Source: Candidatus Nanopelagicaceae bacterium (lineage in GTDB: Bacteria; Actinomycetota; Actinomycetes; Nanopelagicales; Nanopelagicaceae). From it: a stretch of 64,000 nt of DNA. Below, one piece after another: positions 10,545 through 22,623 of the stretch. Each line of letters starts with the position of its first letter. Position 1 is the first letter of the stretch. Below the pieces are notes generated by a model that was not told the origin of the DNA, ran no database searches, and saw only the letters and a list, made by a program, of their open reading frames with translations. The stretch is taken from positions 8,642 through 72,641 of the forward strand of contig DAIOTH010000001.1 of NCBI GenBank assembly GCA_036752125.1, written 5' to 3'. Both the position numbers and the translations under genes were made by a program.

Positions 10545-10560
10545 CCGTCCTGTGAGGCGG
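10545..10560 (+). promoter_or_regulatory. candidate PyrR-binding hairpin in the pyrR leader
   Basis: CCGUC-CUGUGA-GGCGG hairpin. GUCCUGUGAGGC resembles the PyrR binding-loop consensus GUCCAGAGAGGC. It ends 1 nt before the SD GAAGGAG (10562-10568). Confidence 0.45.
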
Positions 10561-10573
10561 CGAAGGAGTGTCA

Positions 10574-11110
10574 ATGAGCGTTGTCCTCAATGCCGGTGAA
10601 ATCGCCCGGGCTTTAAAACGTATTTCGCATGAAATCTTAGAAAAAAATCATGGCAGTTCAGAGGTCCTCTTACTTGGCATTCCAACGCGAGGTGCTTTCT
10701 TAAGCGCTCGCATTGCGCGTGAAATCAACGAGATAGAAAATACTTCAATCCCGGTTGGAACTCTTGATATCACGATGTATCGCGATGATCTACGTATGCG
10801 ACCGCCTCGCACCCTGCTTCCAACTGAGATTCCAAGCTGTGGAATTGATGACAAGCATGTGGTTCTTATCGACGATGTCTTCTATTCAGGACGCACCATT
10901 CGAGCGGCTCTCGATGCACTCAATGAAATAGGTCGTCCACGAAGTGTCCAACTTGCAGTTCTGATTGATCGAGGACATCGCGAGCTTCCTATTCGCGCAG
11001 ATTTCGTTGGAAAGAACATTCCTACTTCTAAAGAGGAGTCTGTCCGAGTCCACTTGTCTGAAATCGATAATGAGGATGCGGTCACCATTGAAGGTAGGGG
11101 TAAAGAATGA
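10574..11110 (+). CDS. pyrR: bifunctional pyrimidine operon regulator / uracil phosphoribosyltransferase PyrR
   Basis: PRTase motif [16 protein letters not shown] at 10574 lies 5 nt after the SD GAAGGAG and is preferred over the GTG at 10568. Confidence 0.93.
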   Translation: MSVVLNAGEIARALKRISHEILEKNHGSSEVLLLGIPTRGAFLSARIAREINEIENTSIPVGTLDITMYRDDLRMRPPRTLLPTEIPSCGIDDKHVVLIDDVFYSGRTIRAALDALNEIGRPRSVQLAVLIDRGHRELPIRADFVGKNIPTSKEESVRVHLSEIDNEDAVTIEGRGKE

Positions 11111-12069
11111 GGCACCTACTCTCGATTAACGATCTCAGCAAGACTGAGGCTATAGAGATACTTGATACCGCCACTGAGTTGTCCCGACTATCTGAAGGCG
11201 CGGTAAAGAAATTTCCAACACTTCGTGGAAGAACTGTAGTGAATCTCTTTTTTGAAGACTCCACTCGCACACGTATCTCTTTTGAAGCTGCAGCAAAACG
11301 ACTCTCAGCCGATGTGATCAATTTTTCAGCAAAGGGCTCTAGCTTGAGCAAAGGTGAAAGTTTGAAAGACACAGCGCTCACCCTTCAAGCGATGGGCGCC
11401 GATGCAGTTGTGATTCGACATGGAGCATCTGGCGCGCCACACCAATTAGCGCGTCAGCAATGGATGACGGGTTCTGTTATCAATGCAGGTGATGGAACAC
11501 ATGAACATCCAACCCAGGCCCTTCTTGACGCCTTCACGATTAGACGACATTTGGCACAAGGTTCCGGCGATCTCCAGGGATTACGAATCGGAATAGTTGG
11601 AGACGTGCTGCATTCGCGAGTCGCTCGAAGCAATGTTCTGTTATTACAGAAATTAGGTGCGAAAGTTGTATTGATTGCCCCACCAACATTACTTCCGGTT
11701 GGGGTAGAAGAGTGGGGAGCGGAAGTTAGTTATTCACTCGATAGCGAGATCGATAAAGTGAATGCAATCATGATGTTACGAGTTCAACGTGAACGAATGG
11801 ACGATCTCTATTTCCCAAGCGAGCGAGAATATTCCAGAAATTTTGGCCTTAATTTAGAGCGAATTCATGCGATGAAAAGTGATGCAATCGTTATGCACCC
11901 AGGACCCATGAACCGCGGCCTGGAGATATCTGCTGACGGCGCAGATTCACCTCGTTCTGTCATTGTGGAACAGGTAGCGAACGGAGTGAGCGTTCGTATG
12001 GCAGTTCTGTACTTGCTTCTCAGTGGCTCAAAACCCGAATTGTCCTCAACACTGGAGGTGGGTGTATGA
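11107..12069 (+). CDS. pyrB: aspartate carbamoyltransferase catalytic subunit
   Basis: [15 protein letters not shown] and HPGPMNRG motifs. ATGA overlap with pyrR. Confidence 0.95.
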   Translation: MRHLLSINDLSKTEAIEILDTATELSRLSEGAVKKFPTLRGRTVVNLFFEDSTRTRISFEAAAKRLSADVINFSAKGSSLSKGESLKDTALTLQAMGADAVVIRHGASGAPHQLARQQWMTGSVINAGDGTHEHPTQALLDAFTIRRHLAQGSGDLQGLRIGIVGDVLHSRVARSNVLLLQKLGAKVVLIAPPTLLPVGVEEWGAEVSYSLDSEIDKVNAIMMLRVQRERMDDLYFPSEREYSRNFGLNLERIHAMKSDAIVMHPGPMNRGLEISADGADSPRSVIVEQVANGVSVRMAVLYLLLSGSKPELSSTLEVGV

Positions 12070-13370
12070 CAACGTGGAAAATAGTTAATGCCAAAGATAG
12101 TTCGGGTAAATCTCAAGAAGTTCTAATTCACGATGAATTTGTTGTAGCAAGTCTTCCCGATGGTGTTACCCCCACAGTAGTCGATGCCACAGGTTTGACA
12201 GTTCTTCCTGGCTTTGTTGATTTACATACACATTTACGTGAACCAGGTCGGGAAGATGCAGAGACAGTTCTCTCTGGCTCGCAAGCCGCTGTGGCTGGTG
12301 GATACACCGCAATCTCAGCAATGCCCAACACTTTGCCAGTTGCAGATACCGCAGGAGTGGTTGAACAAATTTACCGACTTGGAAAGAGCCATGGATTATG
12401 TGATGTTTTTCCAATTGGAGCCGTCACCATAGATCAAAAAGGAACTCAACTCGCTGAATTATCTGCAATGCATCAATCCGAAGCAGGAGTAAGAATATTC
12501 AGCGATGATGGTCATTGCGTTGCAGATCCTCTTGTAATGCGTCGCGCGCTCGAATATGTAAAGACCTTTGATGGATTAATCGCTCAGCACGCGCAAGACC
12601 CACGCCTGACAGAGAACTCTCAAATGAACGAGGGTGCTGTTTCGGCGCGATTAGGTCTAAAAGGATGGCCAGCAGTTGCTGAAGAAGCGATTATTGCGCG
12701 CGATGTTCTTCTTGCCGAGCATGTAGATAGTCGACTGCATATCTGTCATCTCACTACAGCGGGTGGCGTTGAAATCGTGCGTCGAGCCAAGGAACGAGGG
12801 ATAAAAGTAACTGCTGAAGTAACTCCTCATCATCTTTTGTTAACTGATTCCAAAGCAGAGTCTTATGATCCGGTTTATAAAGTTAATCCTCCGTTAAGAA
12901 CTAACTCAGATGTAGAGGCGTTGCGTCGAGGTTTGGCTGATGGGACTATCGACATCATCGCTACTGATCATGCTCCACATCCAAATGAAGCAAAGGACTG
13001 CGAATGGAGCGCAGCCGCTTTTGGAATGATCGGACTTGAAACAGCTTTTTCCATTGGATATTTGACTATGGTGAAGAGCGGTTTAATGAGCTTGGAAGAT
13101 CTGACTGATCGAATGTCGTCTGCTCCGGCGAAGATCGGCAGATATGAAGGACATGGATCAATTAAAGTCGGGGAGAAAGCAAACCTCGTTCTTGTTGATT
13201 TGGAAAAATCTTGGCAGGTTAAGCGCGACTACCTCCATTCGAAGAGCAAGAACACGCCTTTTGAAGGCATGGAATTGCCAGGCGTAATAATGAAGACCTT
13301 CCATAATGGCGCCCTGGTATTTGATCGAGCTACAACCGGTGAACTGTTGAAGAACAAGGGAGTGAAATAG
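12066..13370 (+). CDS. pyrC: dihydroorotase
   Basis: [10 protein letters not shown] and ATDHAPH metal-binding motifs. ATGA overlap with pyrB. Confidence 0.93.
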   Translation: MTTWKIVNAKDSSGKSQEVLIHDEFVVASLPDGVTPTVVDATGLTVLPGFVDLHTHLREPGREDAETVLSGSQAAVAGGYTAISAMPNTLPVADTAGVVEQIYRLGKSHGLCDVFPIGAVTIDQKGTQLAELSAMHQSEAGVRIFSDDGHCVADPLVMRRALEYVKTFDGLIAQHAQDPRLTENSQMNEGAVSARLGLKGWPAVAEEAIIARDVLLAEHVDSRLHICHLTTAGGVEIVRRAKERGIKVTAEVTPHHLLLTDSKAESYDPVYKVNPPLRTNSDVEALRRGLADGTIDIIATDHAPHPNEAKDCEWSAAAFGMIGLETAFSIGYLTMVKSGLMSLEDLTDRMSSAPAKIGRYEGHGSIKVGEKANLVLVDLEKSWQVKRDYLHSKSKNTPFEGMELPGVIMKTFHNGALVFDRATTGELLKNKGVK

Positions 13371-14482
13371 TGGCGGCTTATCTCGTTCTTGACGATGGCC
13401 GAATCTTTGAAGGTGAACCATGGGCATGTACCGGCGAAACTTTTGGTGAAGCGGTTTTTTCAACGGGGATGACGGGATATCAAGAAACTCTTACAGATCC
13501 GTCTTATCACAAGCAGGTTGTCATTATGACGGCGCCACACATCGGAAATACGGGGATGAATAGCGAAGATGAGGAATCTCGCAAAATTTGGGTGAGTGGA
13601 TTTGTAGTTCGTAATCCATCGCCCGTTGTCTCAAATTGGCGCGCTGAGCGATCGCTCGAAGATGATCTCATTAAGAATAATGTGGTCGGGATTCAAGGTA
13701 TAGACACTCGTGCTCTCACTCTTCATCTACGTGACCGGGGAGCGATGCGAGTTGGAATTTTCTCTGATAGCAATTTGAGTCGCGAAGAAATGGTTGTAAA
13801 AGTTCGTAGCGTCAAGCAAATGTCTGGCTCTTACCTAGCCGATGATGTTTCAACAGAGAAGGAATATGTGGTTGCGGCGCAAGGTGAAAGAAAGTTTAAG
13901 GTTGCAGCGCTGGATCTTGGGATAAAAGCTGCAACTCCGCGGAACATGTCTGAACGAGGTATAGAAGTACATATGGTGCCAGTCACGACAACATATGCCA
14001 ATCTTAAAGCTGCTGGTTATGACGGGCTCTTCCTTTCCAATGGTCCTGGGGATCCTTCCACGATGGATAGCGTTGTCTCGTTAGTACGAGAGGCTCTTGA
14101 AGATAAACTGCCAATTTTTGGGATCTGTTTTGGTCATCAGATATTGGGAAGAGCGCTTGGATTTGATACATACAAACTGAGATTCGGGCATCGTGGGATT
14201 AATCAACCAGTGATGAATAGAGAGAAAAATCGCGTTGAGATAACGGCTCAGAATCATGGTTTCGCTGTTGAAGCTCCTATTGATGGAGATTTCACAACAG
14301 TCTATGGAGCTGGTCGCGTAACTCATTTCTGTTTGAACGATGGCGTTGTTGAAGGCTTGCGACTTCTTGAGCGTCCAGCTTTTTCAGTTCAATATCATCC
14401 GGAAGCGGCCGCAGGTCCACATGATGCAAATTATTTGTTTGACGACTTTCTAACGATGCTGGAGAACCATGCCGCGCGATAA
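13370..14482 (+). CDS. carA: carbamoyl-phosphate synthase small (glutaminase) subunit
   Basis: GICFGHQ catalytic Cys motif and HPE triad remnant (YHPEA). Confidence 0.95.
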   Translation: MAAYLVLDDGRIFEGEPWACTGETFGEAVFSTGMTGYQETLTDPSYHKQVVIMTAPHIGNTGMNSEDEESRKIWVSGFVVRNPSPVVSNWRAERSLEDDLIKNNVVGIQGIDTRALTLHLRDRGAMRVGIFSDSNLSREEMVVKVRSVKQMSGSYLADDVSTEKEYVVAAQGERKFKVAALDLGIKAATPRNMSERGIEVHMVPVTTTYANLKAAGYDGLFLSNGPGDPSTMDSVVSLVREALEDKLPIFGICFGHQILGRALGFDTYKLRFGHRGINQPVMNREKNRVEITAQNHGFAVEAPIDGDFTTVYGAGRVTHFCLNDGVVEGLRLLERPAFSVQYHPEAAAGPHDANYLFDDFLTMLENHAAR

Positions 14483-17400
14483 ATCTATTGAGAGCGTTTT
14501 AGTAATAGGTAGCGGACCCATTGTTATTGGTCAAGCATGTGAGTTTGATTATTCAGGAACCCAAGCCTGTCGGGTGCTTAAGTCAGAAGGAATAAGGGTA
14601 ATTCTGGTTAATTCAAATCCTGCGACGATTATGACTGATCCTGAATTTGCTGATGCGACGTATATCGAACCCATCACTCCGGAATTTCTTGAACAAGTTA
14701 TCGCAAAAGAACGACCGTCGGCTATTTTGGCAACGCTCGGTGGACAGACTGCCCTCAATGCTGCAATAGGTCTCCACGAAAAAGGTATTTTGACTAAGTA
14801 TCAAACAAAACTCATTGGAGCTGATGTCGATGCAATACGACGCGGGGAGAATCGTGAAGAATTTAGAGCAATAGTAGAAAAGGTAGGCGGGGAATCCGCA
14901 AAGTCAGTCATCTGTCACACTATGGATGAGTGTTTGGCAGCTGCAGAAATTTTGAACTATCCCGTTGTCGTTCGGCCATCTTTCACAATGGGTGGGCTAG
15001 GAAGCGGAATTGCGTACTCAAAGAGCGAACTCGAACAGATTGCAGGCGCTGGGTTGCGATTTAGTCCTGTGACTGAGGTACTTCTCGAAGAGTCGATCAT
15101 TGGATGGAAAGAATTTGAGTTGGAAGTTATGCGCGATAACCATGACAATGTTGTTATCGTTTGTAGTATCGAAAATTTTGATCCCATGGGTGTTCACACA
15201 GGTGACTCAATTACCGTTGCGCCCGCTCTCACTCTCACCGATGTTGAATTCCAGAAACTTCGAGATCTCAGCATCAACATCATCAGAGAAGTTGGAGTGG
15301 CAACTGGTGGTTGCAATATCCAATTCGCTATAAATCCCAAGAACGGCCGGATTGTCGTTATCGAGATGAATCCTCGCGTCTCTCGATCGAGCGCACTCGC
15401 CTCAAAGGCCACTGGGTTTCCTATTGCCAAGATCGCAACCAAGCTTGCAATCGGATATTCGCTCGACGAGATTCCAAATGACATCACCAAGAAGACACCC
15501 GCTTCGTTTGAGCCCACCCTTGATTACATAGTTGTGAAGATTCCTCGATTCGCTTTCGAGAAGTTCCCAGAGGCAGATCCGCGGCTCACCACAACAATGA
15601 AGAGCGTTGGTGAGGCTATGGCGTTCGGACGATCTTTCCCGGAAGCGCTTCAAAAAGCGATGCGCTCTTTAGAGAAGAAGAACTCATCATTTTCATGGAA
15701 TTTCTCTGAATCACGAGAGGAGTTATTGAAGGCTGTCTCAGTACCGACCGAAAATCGTTTAATGCAAGTACAGCGCTTGCTTGCTCTCGGCGAGAGTATT
15801 GCCGAAGTTCATCAGATCTCAGGCATCGATCCATGGTTCTTAACACAGATTCAATCGATTAATGAAATGGCGATGAGCTTGAGAGATGCCGCAGAATTAT
15901 CATCGCATCTCCTCATCAAAGCGAAAAAACTGGGTTTCTCTGATAGCCAAATTGCTGAATTGAGGGGAATTGACACCTCTGAGGTTCTTAAAGTTCGTGA
16001 ACGTCTCGAGATTTTCCCGGTATATAAAACAGTTGATACCTGCGCTGGAGAGTTTGAAGCATTCACTCCTTATCACTATTCAACCTACGATCAAGAAACT
16101 GAGGTAAAACCTCGAACTAAACCGGCAATTTTGATTCTCGGAAGTGGGCCAAATCGAATTGGACAAGGAATTGAATTCGACTATTCCTGTGTACACGCTT
16201 GTTTTGCGCTAAGCGATGTCGGCTACGAAACCATCATGATTAACTGCAACCCTGAAACCGTTTCAACGGACTATGACACATCAGATCGTCTCTATTTTGA
16301 GCCGCTCACTTTAGAAGATGTTTTGGAGATTTATCGCGCAGAATTGAAAGCCGGGCCAATAGTTGGCGTGATTGTTCAACTAGGTGGTCAAACACCACTC
16401 GGGCTTTCAGCAGGACTCAAAGCCGCTGGAGTTCCAATCCTTGGTACGTCACCTGATGCGATTTTCTCAGCCGAAGATCGGGGAGCGTTCGGAAAAGTTC
16501 TTGAGTCAGCGAACTTACGGGCACCTCAATTTGGAACTGCATTCTCCTACAGCGAAGCGCTCGCCGTTGCTACGAGAATCGGTTATCCAGTTCTCGTGCG
16601 TCCTTCCTTCGTTCTGGGTGGTCGTGGAATGCAGATTGTTTATGACGATGCGCAGCTCTCAGAGTTCATTGAAATCGCGACTCAAATAAATCCCGAACAT
16701 CCAGTATTGATTGATAAATTCTTGGATGATGCTACTGAGATCGACGTAGATGCTCTTTTTGATGGAAATGAGCTCTATCTAGCAGGGGTTATGGAGCATG
16801 TTGAAGAGGCAGGTGTGCATTCAGGAGATTCTGCCTGCGTTATTCCCGCGCAATCTATAAGCAAAGAGATGATTGCTGAGATTACTGAAGCTACCCGAAA
16901 ATTATCCGATGCCATAGGTGTTAGAGGATTAATCAATATCCAATATGCCATCTCACATTCTCAGCTTTATGTATTAGAAGCCAATCCACGTGCGTCACGT
17001 ACAGTACCTTTCGTAAGCAAAGCAACAGGTGTTCAGGTTGCGAAAGCGGCTGCGCTGATTGCATGCGGAAAAACTATTGCCGAGCTCAGAACTATGAATC
17101 TTTTACCGCAACAATCACACGGATTAGCGCAAGGTATTTCGGTTAAGGAGGCTGTCCTTCCGTGGAATAGATTCCGGAGAAGAGATGGTCAGGGAGTTGA
17201 CTCGGTTCTCGGTCCAGAAATGAAATCCACTGGCGAAGTCATGGGATTGGCTGAAACATTTGGCGCAGCATTTGCTAAGAGCCAGATAGCAGCATTCGGA
17301 CCACTTCCTAAAGAAGGCTCGATATTTATTTCGTTATCCGATAAGGATAAGTTATCGTCACTGAACGCGGTCAAAGGCTTACAGGAATTGAATTTTCAGC

Positions 17401-17726
17401 TTTACGCAACTTCAGGTACCCATGAATTTCTTGCAAAAAATGGCGTTACTACGACTTTGGTAGCTAAACATGCTGATAAGGAGAAAGAGCCCGACTCCCA
17501 ATCAGCTGTAGATCTCATTGCGCAAAATAGGATTTCCTTAGTTATTAATACCCCTTTTGGTCGCGGTGCTCATAGAGATGGGCGGATGATTAGAACTGCT
17601 GCCGTTCAGCGCGGAATTTCTTGTATCACGACAGTGCCAGGTCTTAAGGCTGCTGTTGAGGGGATTAAGGACTTACGGAAAGAGAATCTCACGGCCCGCT
17701 CAATTCAGGATTGGCATCGCTCATGA
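14469..17726 (+). CDS. carB: carbamoyl-phosphate synthase large subunit
   Basis: 1085 aa with duplicated ATP-grasp halves ([17 protein letters not shown] and [16 protein letters not shown]). Confidence 0.97.
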   Translation: MPRDKSIESVLVIGSGPIVIGQACEFDYSGTQACRVLKSEGIRVILVNSNPATIMTDPEFADATYIEPITPEFLEQVIAKERPSAILATLGGQTALNAAIGLHEKGILTKYQTKLIGADVDAIRRGENREEFRAIVEKVGGESAKSVICHTMDECLAAAEILNYPVVVRPSFTMGGLGSGIAYSKSELEQIAGAGLRFSPVTEVLLEESIIGWKEFELEVMRDNHDNVVIVCSIENFDPMGVHTGDSITVAPALTLTDVEFQKLRDLSINIIREVGVATGGCNIQFAINPKNGRIVVIEMNPRVSRSSALASKATGFPIAKIATKLAIGYSLDEIPNDITKKTPASFEPTLDYIVVKIPRFAFEKFPEADPRLTTTMKSVGEAMAFGRSFPEALQKAMRSLEKKNSSFSWNFSESREELLKAVSVPTENRLMQVQRLLALGESIAEVHQISGIDPWFLTQIQSINEMAMSLRDAAELSSHLLIKAKKLGFSDSQIAELRGIDTSEVLKVRERLEIFPVYKTVDTCAGEFEAFTPYHYSTYDQETEVKPRTKPAILILGSGPNRIGQGIEFDYSCVHACFALSDVGYETIMINCNPETVSTDYDTSDRLYFEPLTLEDVLEIYRAELKAGPIVGVIVQLGGQTPLGLSAGLKAAGVPILGTSPDAIFSAEDRGAFGKVLESANLRAPQFGTAFSYSEALAVATRIGYPVLVRPSFVLGGRGMQIVYDDAQLSEFIEIATQINPEHPVLIDKFLDDATEIDVDALFDGNELYLAGVMEHVEEAGVHSGDSACVIPAQSISKEMIAEITEATRKLSDAIGVRGLINIQYAISHSQLYVLEANPRASRTVPFVSKATGVQVAKAAALIACGKTIAELRTMNLLPQQSHGLAQGISVKEAVLPWNRFRRRDGQGVDSVLGPEMKSTGEVMGLAETFGAAFAKSQIAAFGPLPKEGSIFISLSDKDKLSSLNAVKGLQELNFQLYATSGTHEFLAKNGVTTTLVAKHADKEKEPDSQSAVDLIAQNRISLVINTPFGRGAHRDGRMIRTAAVQRGISCITTVPGLKAAVEGIKDLRKENLTARSIQDWHRS

Positions 17727-18580
17727 CATCGATAAATAAAAAGGCGCTGCAAACTGATGTAGAAATCATCTCTAATAAGAAAGTTGGCGCTTACCATCAC
17801 ATGGTTTTTGCAGCAGGCGAAATGGCGGCACATGCAAAGCCCGGTAATTTTGTTGCTATTTCAGTTGGCGGACAAGCTTCATCAATGATTCTGCGGAGAG
17901 CTTTTGCGATCTACCGTGCAAGTGATCGAGGTCAATATGGCGGCACGATCGAATTAGTTGTCGCACCACATGGGCAAGGCAGTAGATGGCTCACCTCATT
18001 AGAGATTCATGATCGAGTAAATATGGTTGGTCCTTTGGGTACGCATTTTGGGATCCCTACGGAACCAGTAAGTGCTCTGCTTGTTGGCGGTGGATACGGA
18101 TCTGCGCCACTTTTTGGTCTAGCAGAGGTATTGAAAGAGCGCGGATGTCGAGTGGATATGGTTCTTGGAGCGTCGGTTGCGGGAAAAATATATGCCCCAC
18201 TTGAAGGAAAACGTTCAGTGAACTCTTTAACGGTCACAACTGAAGATGGATCCGCGGGCGTAAAAGGGCGAGTTACTGATGTTTTACCTGGGCTAATCGA
18301 AAAGAACTCTTCAGAGATCATTTACTCGTGTGGACCCATGGCGATGCTTGCTGCGGTCGAGGAAGTTTCCAAAAACCATCAAACGATGCATCAATGTGCC
18401 GTAGAAGAATCGATGGCCTGTGGAGTTGGAATTTGCATGACTTGTGTGCTTCCGGTGAAAGACAGCAAAGGTGTAATTAAGATGACGAGATCGTGTATTG
18501 ATGGTCCCGTTATGGATGGAGAGAAAGTTGTGTGGAACAGCGCTCGAAAAATTCCGGAAGGAACATGGGGCGCGCTATGA
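17723..18580 (+). CDS. pyrK: dihydroorotate dehydrogenase (class 1B) electron-transfer subunit
   Basis: FAD/NAD-binding fold RRAFAIY. C-terminal 2Fe-2S cysteines CGVGICMTC...C. ATGA overlap with carB at 17723. Confidence 0.85.
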   Translation: MTSINKKALQTDVEIISNKKVGAYHHMVFAAGEMAAHAKPGNFVAISVGGQASSMILRRAFAIYRASDRGQYGGTIELVVAPHGQGSRWLTSLEIHDRVNMVGPLGTHFGIPTEPVSALLVGGGYGSAPLFGLAEVLKERGCRVDMVLGASVAGKIYAPLEGKRSVNSLTVTTEDGSAGVKGRVTDVLPGLIEKNSSEIIYSCGPMAMLAAVEEVSKNHQTMHQCAVEESMACGVGICMTCVLPVKDSKGVIKMTRSCIDGPVMDGEKVVWNSARKIPEGTWGAL

Positions 18581-19518
18581 GCCAAGAATTTCAATCTTTT
18601 GATTTTCGTTGCAAATTCGGATCAAAGTACTTCCCATATCCCATTTTCACCGCAAGTGGTTGTGCATCGTCAGGTAAAGAGCTCTCTCAATTCTTCCCCT
18701 TGGAGGAGATTGGTGCGGTCGTAACAAAATCAATTGCTTTGAAACCCAGATCTGGTCGAGCAACTCCTCGAATGGCAGAAACACCAAGTGGCATGCTCAA
18801 TTCCATTGGTCTACAAGGTCCTGGGATCGATCAGTTTTTAGAGGACGATATTCCTTGGCTTTTGGCAAATAATTCCCGTGTAGTTGTCTCTATTTCTGGT
18901 GAAACAGTTGAAGAATATGCATCGCTGGCTCGGAGACTTCGCGTAGTTCAGGGGCTAAGCGGAATTGAAGTAAACATCTCATGTCCCAACGTAGAAAATC
19001 GAGGAATGGTTTTTGCTTGCGATCCCATAGCATCGCGAGCTGTTGTAGAAGCGGTCCGCCGAAATATTGGCGGAGAACTTCCAATCATCGTGAAGCTTTC
19101 TCCGGATGTTACGGATATCGTCTCGATCGCGGGGGAAGTTATATCAGCGGGCGCGGATGGGCTGGCTTTGATAAACACGTTATTAGGAATGGCAATCGAT
19201 ATTGATGCGATGAGACCGAAATTGGCTGGGAAAACTGGTGGCTTATCTGGGCCAGCAATTCGACCAGTAGCGGTCCGAGCTATTTACCAAGTGCATGCGG
19301 CTTTTAAAAATATCCCGATACTTGGCATGGGTGGAGTCACCAACGGGCGTGATGCACTCGAATTGATCATGGCAGGTGCAAGCGCTGTTTCCATTGGAAC
19401 CGCTAATTTTGGTAACCCTTCTGCGCCAATAAAGGTAAAGAACGAACTTGAACTATTGCTCAAGGAAAAGGGTTTTTCATCGGTGAAAGATGCGGTCGGA
19501 GTTGCCCATGAAAATTGA
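18577..19518 (+). CDS. pyrD: dihydroorotate dehydrogenase catalytic subunit (class 1B)
   Basis: FTASGC...NSIGLQGPG...NISCPN motifs with catalytic Cys. No N-terminal membrane anchor. ATGA overlap with pyrK at 18577. Confidence 0.88.
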   Translation: MSQEFQSFDFRCKFGSKYFPYPIFTASGCASSGKELSQFFPLEEIGAVVTKSIALKPRSGRATPRMAETPSGMLNSIGLQGPGIDQFLEDDIPWLLANNSRVVVSISGETVEEYASLARRLRVVQGLSGIEVNISCPNVENRGMVFACDPIASRAVVEAVRRNIGGELPIIVKLSPDVTDIVSIAGEVISAGADGLALINTLLGMAIDIDAMRPKLAGKTGGLSGPAIRPVAVRAIYQVHAAFKNIPILGMGGVTNGRDALELIMAGASAVSIGTANFGNPSAPIKVKNELELLLKEKGFSSVKDAVGVAHEN

Positions 19519-20197
19519 TCAACGGATTATCCTCGCGCTTGATTTCCCTGATTTGGAAAGAACAATCGACATGATTGGGCTAACAAGTAGCGATATTTCA
19601 ATCTACAAGTTGGGTCTTGAATTTTTCCTCGCGCAGGGACGCGAAGGCGTTAAGAAAATACAGGAAACATTTCCAGAGATAGATATTTTCCTCGACCTAA
19701 AACTTCACGACATACCCAACACAGTCGCTGGAGCTTGTGCCAGCGTGGCCCACTTAGAACCGAAGTTCCTGACCGTCCATGCCGCAGGTGGATTTGAAAT
19801 GATTAAATCCGCAGTAGCTCAATCACCCAAAACTTCAATTACTGCGGTCACGGTCTTGACCTCACTTGATACTGAAGAACTTCAAACTCTAGGTTTGCCG
19901 AGCAACCCTGAGATGTTGGTGCTCTCACTTGCAAAGCGAGCTGTTGCCGCGGGTGCGAGCTCAATTGTCTGTTCACCTCTCGAGGTGAGCGCTCTTCGAA
20001 AGGCATTGGGAGATGAGATCATTCTTATTACACCAGGGGTTCGTCCGATGAATGCATCTCTCGATGATCAAAGTCGAGTGATGACGCCACGAGACGCAAT
20101 CGATGCGGGTTCAACCTATGTTGTTATCGGTCGCCCGATTACACAAGCATCCAACCCGACCTCTGCTGCTGCTGAAATCGCCTCGACGCTTAGGTAA
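19508..20197 (+). CDS. pyrF: orotidine 5'-phosphate decarboxylase
   Basis: IILALDF, DLKLHDIPNT and VIGRPI motifs. ATG at 19508 preferred. Confidence 0.92.
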   Translation: MKIDQRIILALDFPDLERTIDMIGLTSSDISIYKLGLEFFLAQGREGVKKIQETFPEIDIFLDLKLHDIPNTVAGACASVAHLEPKFLTVHAAGGFEMIKSAVAQSPKTSITAVTVLTSLDTEELQTLGLPSNPEMLVLSLAKRAVAAGASSIVCSPLEVSALRKALGDEIILITPGVRPMNASLDDQSRVMTPRDAIDAGSTYVVIGRPITQASNPTSAAAEIASTLR

Positions 20198-20225
20198 CTT
20201 TGTAAGAAGTTGGTTTAATTGCTCC

Positions 20226-20546
20226 ATGGGCGCGCCTCCGATATTAACTTTAGAAGAACGTCGAGCCGCGCTAGCAAAAGCAGCTCAATCGCGAAAAGTG
20301 CGCGCACTCTTTAAATCGGAAGTGAAAAACGGCGATCGTCACTGGTTGGATGCTTTTAAGAGTACCGATGAAGCTATCCGCAAAATGAGAGTAAAGGAAC
20401 TGTTGGAATCTCTTCCAGGTTTCGGAGAGGTACGCGCTAAAAATGTTCTCGATAGAGCAGGTATCTCAGTCTCTCGCCGCATTCAGGGCGTCGGTAGAAG
20501 TCAATACGAGAATTTACTAAAACTGTTGAAAGAGTCTGATAAGTGA
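20226..20546 (+). CDS. mihF: integration host factor MihF
   Basis: 106 aa, MGAPPILTLEERRAALAKAAQSRKVRA. pyrF-mihF-gmk-rpoZ order. TTTAAT then 6 nt then ATG suggests a leaderless start. Confidence 0.85.
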   Translation: MGAPPILTLEERRAALAKAAQSRKVRALFKSEVKNGDRHWLDAFKSTDEAIRKMRVKELLESLPGFGEVRAKNVLDRAGISVSRRIQGVGRSQYENLLKLLKESDK

Positions 20547-21106
20547 TGCAGCAAGATGTGGCGCGTGGCAAGTTGATTGTGCTCTCTGGACCTGGAGGAG
20601 TGGGGAAGAGCACGATCGTTCAAGAGCTTAAGAAGCGCGATCATTTCTATTTTTCGGTATCTGCAACAACTCGGGCTCCGCGAACAGGTGAAATTGATGG
20701 CGAGGCATATCACTTCGTCAGCGCTGATGAATTTCAAAGGATGATCAACAACCATGTTTTTCTTGAATGGGCGGATTTTGCTGGCTCGCGTTATGGAACT
20801 CCACGAGGACCAGTAATGTCTGCGTTAGCTGCAGGCAAAGATGTTCTTCTTGAGATAGAAATAGAAGGCGCTCGACAAGTTAAACGCGCTATGCCGGAAG
20901 CGCTGATGGTCTTTCTACAACCTCCTTCAATGGCCGAACTAGAAGCGAGAATTACTAATCGGGGGACCGATAGCCCTGAACGAATAGCTGCTCGTCTGGC
21001 TCTAGCGAGGGCTGAGATGGCTGCCGCAGGGGAGTTTGACCATATTCTCACCAATCATCGAGTCGATGAAGTAATTCAATCGCTGGTATCCTTGGCGACC
21101 TCTTAA
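20543..21106 (+). CDS. gmk: guanylate kinase
   Basis: P-loop GPGGVGKST, SATTRAPR motif. Confidence 0.93.
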   Translation: MMQQDVARGKLIVLSGPGGVGKSTIVQELKKRDHFYFSVSATTRAPRTGEIDGEAYHFVSADEFQRMINNHVFLEWADFAGSRYGTPRGPVMSALAAGKDVLLEIEIEGARQVKRAMPEALMVFLQPPSMAELEARITNRGTDSPERIAARLALARAEMAAAGEFDHILTNHRVDEVIQSLVSLATS

Positions 21107-21136
21107 GTTTTCAAAAATACCGTTAAAGGAGCTCAT

Positions 21137-21394
21137 GTGGCATCGCTCGATGGAATCACCAATCCTCCTATCGACGAACTTCTCGACAAGAGCGGTTCGA
21201 AGTATTCACTCGTTCTCTATGCTGCAAAGCGTGCTCGTCAGATCAATGCTTACTATTCCCAGCTCGGTGAAGGTTTGTTGGAATATGTTGGTCCGCTCGT
21301 TGAAACTCATGTTCATGAGAAGCCGCTTTCAATCGCTATGCGCGAGATTAACGACGGCTTACTCACGATAGAGAACCTCGAACCGCAAAACTAA
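21137..21394 (+). CDS. rpoZ: DNA-directed RNA polymerase subunit omega
   Basis: 85 aa, [26 protein letters not shown] upstream of the GTG. Confidence 0.9.
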   Translation: MASLDGITNPPIDELLDKSGSKYSLVLYAAKRARQINAYYSQLGEGLLEYVGPLVETHVHEKPLSIAMREINDGLLTIENLEPQN

Positions 21395-21402
21395 TCGCAG
21401 CC

Positions 21403-22623
21403 ATGGCTGGCGCACCCATCACTTTCCCACGCGGCCGAGAGTTGGTCCTTGGCATCAGCGCAGGAATCGCGGCTTATAAATCGTGCGAGCTACTTCGTAG
21501 GCTCCAAGACAATGGGTACCTAGTCACCGTAGTCCCCACAGAATCCAGTCTTAATTTTGTTGGTAAAGCTACCTGGGAAGCGCTTTCAGGCCGCCCAGTT
21601 TCTACAAGCATATGGGAGAACGTTCACTCGGTTTCACATGTCGCACTTGGCGATTCTGCGGATGTAATCGTTATCGCCCCGGCTACTGCTGATGTGATCG
21701 CCCGACTAGCACAAGGTAGAGCTGATGATTTACTTACAACCACAGTTTTGGCATCCAGCGCGCCCATTCTGATTGTTCCAGCAATGCATCCAAAGATGTG
21801 GCTTAATGCGGCAACAGAAGAAAATGTTCGAACCCTTCGCGCCAGGGGAGTAATTGTCATGGAGCCAGAGGTGGGACGGTTAACTGGAAAAGATTCCGGA
21901 ATTGGACGTTTCCCTGAGACGCAATCAATTATTGATGAAGTACTCCGTTTATCTAAAAAGAACGCAGTACTCGCAGGGAAGAAAGTCGTAGTTACAGCTG
22001 GCGGAACACGAGAAGCGCTAGACCCAGTTCGATTTATCGGCAATCACTCGAGCGGTAGACAAGGATTGGCAATCGCGTATGAAGCCCTTAAAGCCGGGGC
22101 TGAAGTCACGGTAATCGCTGGAGCAACAGACCCCTTTTATTTGGAGGGAGCCCGCGTTATCGATGTACAGAGCGCCCAAGAAATGCAGCGCGCTGTTGAA
22201 AGCGAATTTCACGATGCGGATGCCTTAGTTATGGCGGCTGCAGTTGCTGATGCACGCCCTACAACCATGTCAGATGAAAAAATTAAGAAGAACGAATTGC
22301 AAGAAATTTCACTCACCCGTAACGAAGATATCCTCGCTGGCATCTCTGCGCGAAAACGCCCTAATCAAGTGTTGGTTGGATTCGCCGCTGAAACTTCAGC
22401 TCAAGCGTTGGCCTTGGGTGAGACAAAGTTACGAGCAAAAGGAGCGGATTACCTTTACGTCAACGACGTTTCAGGCGGCGCAATATTTGGTTCAGATCAA
22501 ACTTCTGGAACGCTCATTGGATTGGATATAGCTCCTATCGGATTTAATAATGTAGATAAATTTGAAGTTGCGGAAGTCATCATCAAAGAGGTTGCTCACA
22601 GATTGGAACGAGTTCATGGCTAA
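21403..22623 (+). CDS. coaBC: bifunctional phosphopantothenoylcysteine decarboxylase / synthetase
   Basis: 406 aa. N-terminal flavoprotein domain ([10 protein letters not shown]) and C-terminal CoaB domain (GNHSSGRQG). Confidence 0.92.
   Translation: MAGAPITFPRGRELVLGISAGIAAYKSCELLRRLQDNGYLVTVVPTESSLNFVGKATWEALSGRPVSTSIWENVHSVSHVALGDSADVIVIAPATADVIARLAQGRADDLLTTTVLASSAPILIVPAMHPKMWLNAATEENVRTLRARGVIVMEPEVGRLTGKDSGIGRFPETQSIIDEVLRLSKKNAVLAGKKVVVTAGGTREALDPVRFIGNHSSGRQGLAIAYEALKAGAEVTVIAGATDPFYLEGARVIDVQSAQEMQRAVESEFHDADALVMAAAVADARPTTMSDEKIKKNELQEISLTRNEDILAGISARKRPNQVLVGFAAETSAQALALGETKLRAKGADYLYVNDVSGGAIFGSDQTSGTLIGLDIAPIGFNNVDKFEVAEVIIKEVAHRLERVHG

Noticed and set aside
10537-10550. Near-match to a BldD box (TNAC-N5-GTNA): TAACGATCCGTCC in the bldD/pyrR intergenic region.
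   Set aside because: The last position mismatches. The site lies about 80-90 bp from the bldD start, inside the pyrR leader and overlapping the PyrR hairpin, which makes it more likely part of that element.
20103-20225. N-terminal extensions suggested by the ORF track for mihF. The same issue applies to aroC 5819, metK 22562, pyrD 18532, pyrF 19490, rsmB 27149, HAD 46723, helY 52905, gcvP 60522 and metH 43182.
   Set aside because: The conserved family N-termini begin at internal ATG or GTG codons. These coincide with ATGA-type overlaps or with TANNNT-N6/7 promoters. The extensions overlap the upstream genes and are unconserved in character.
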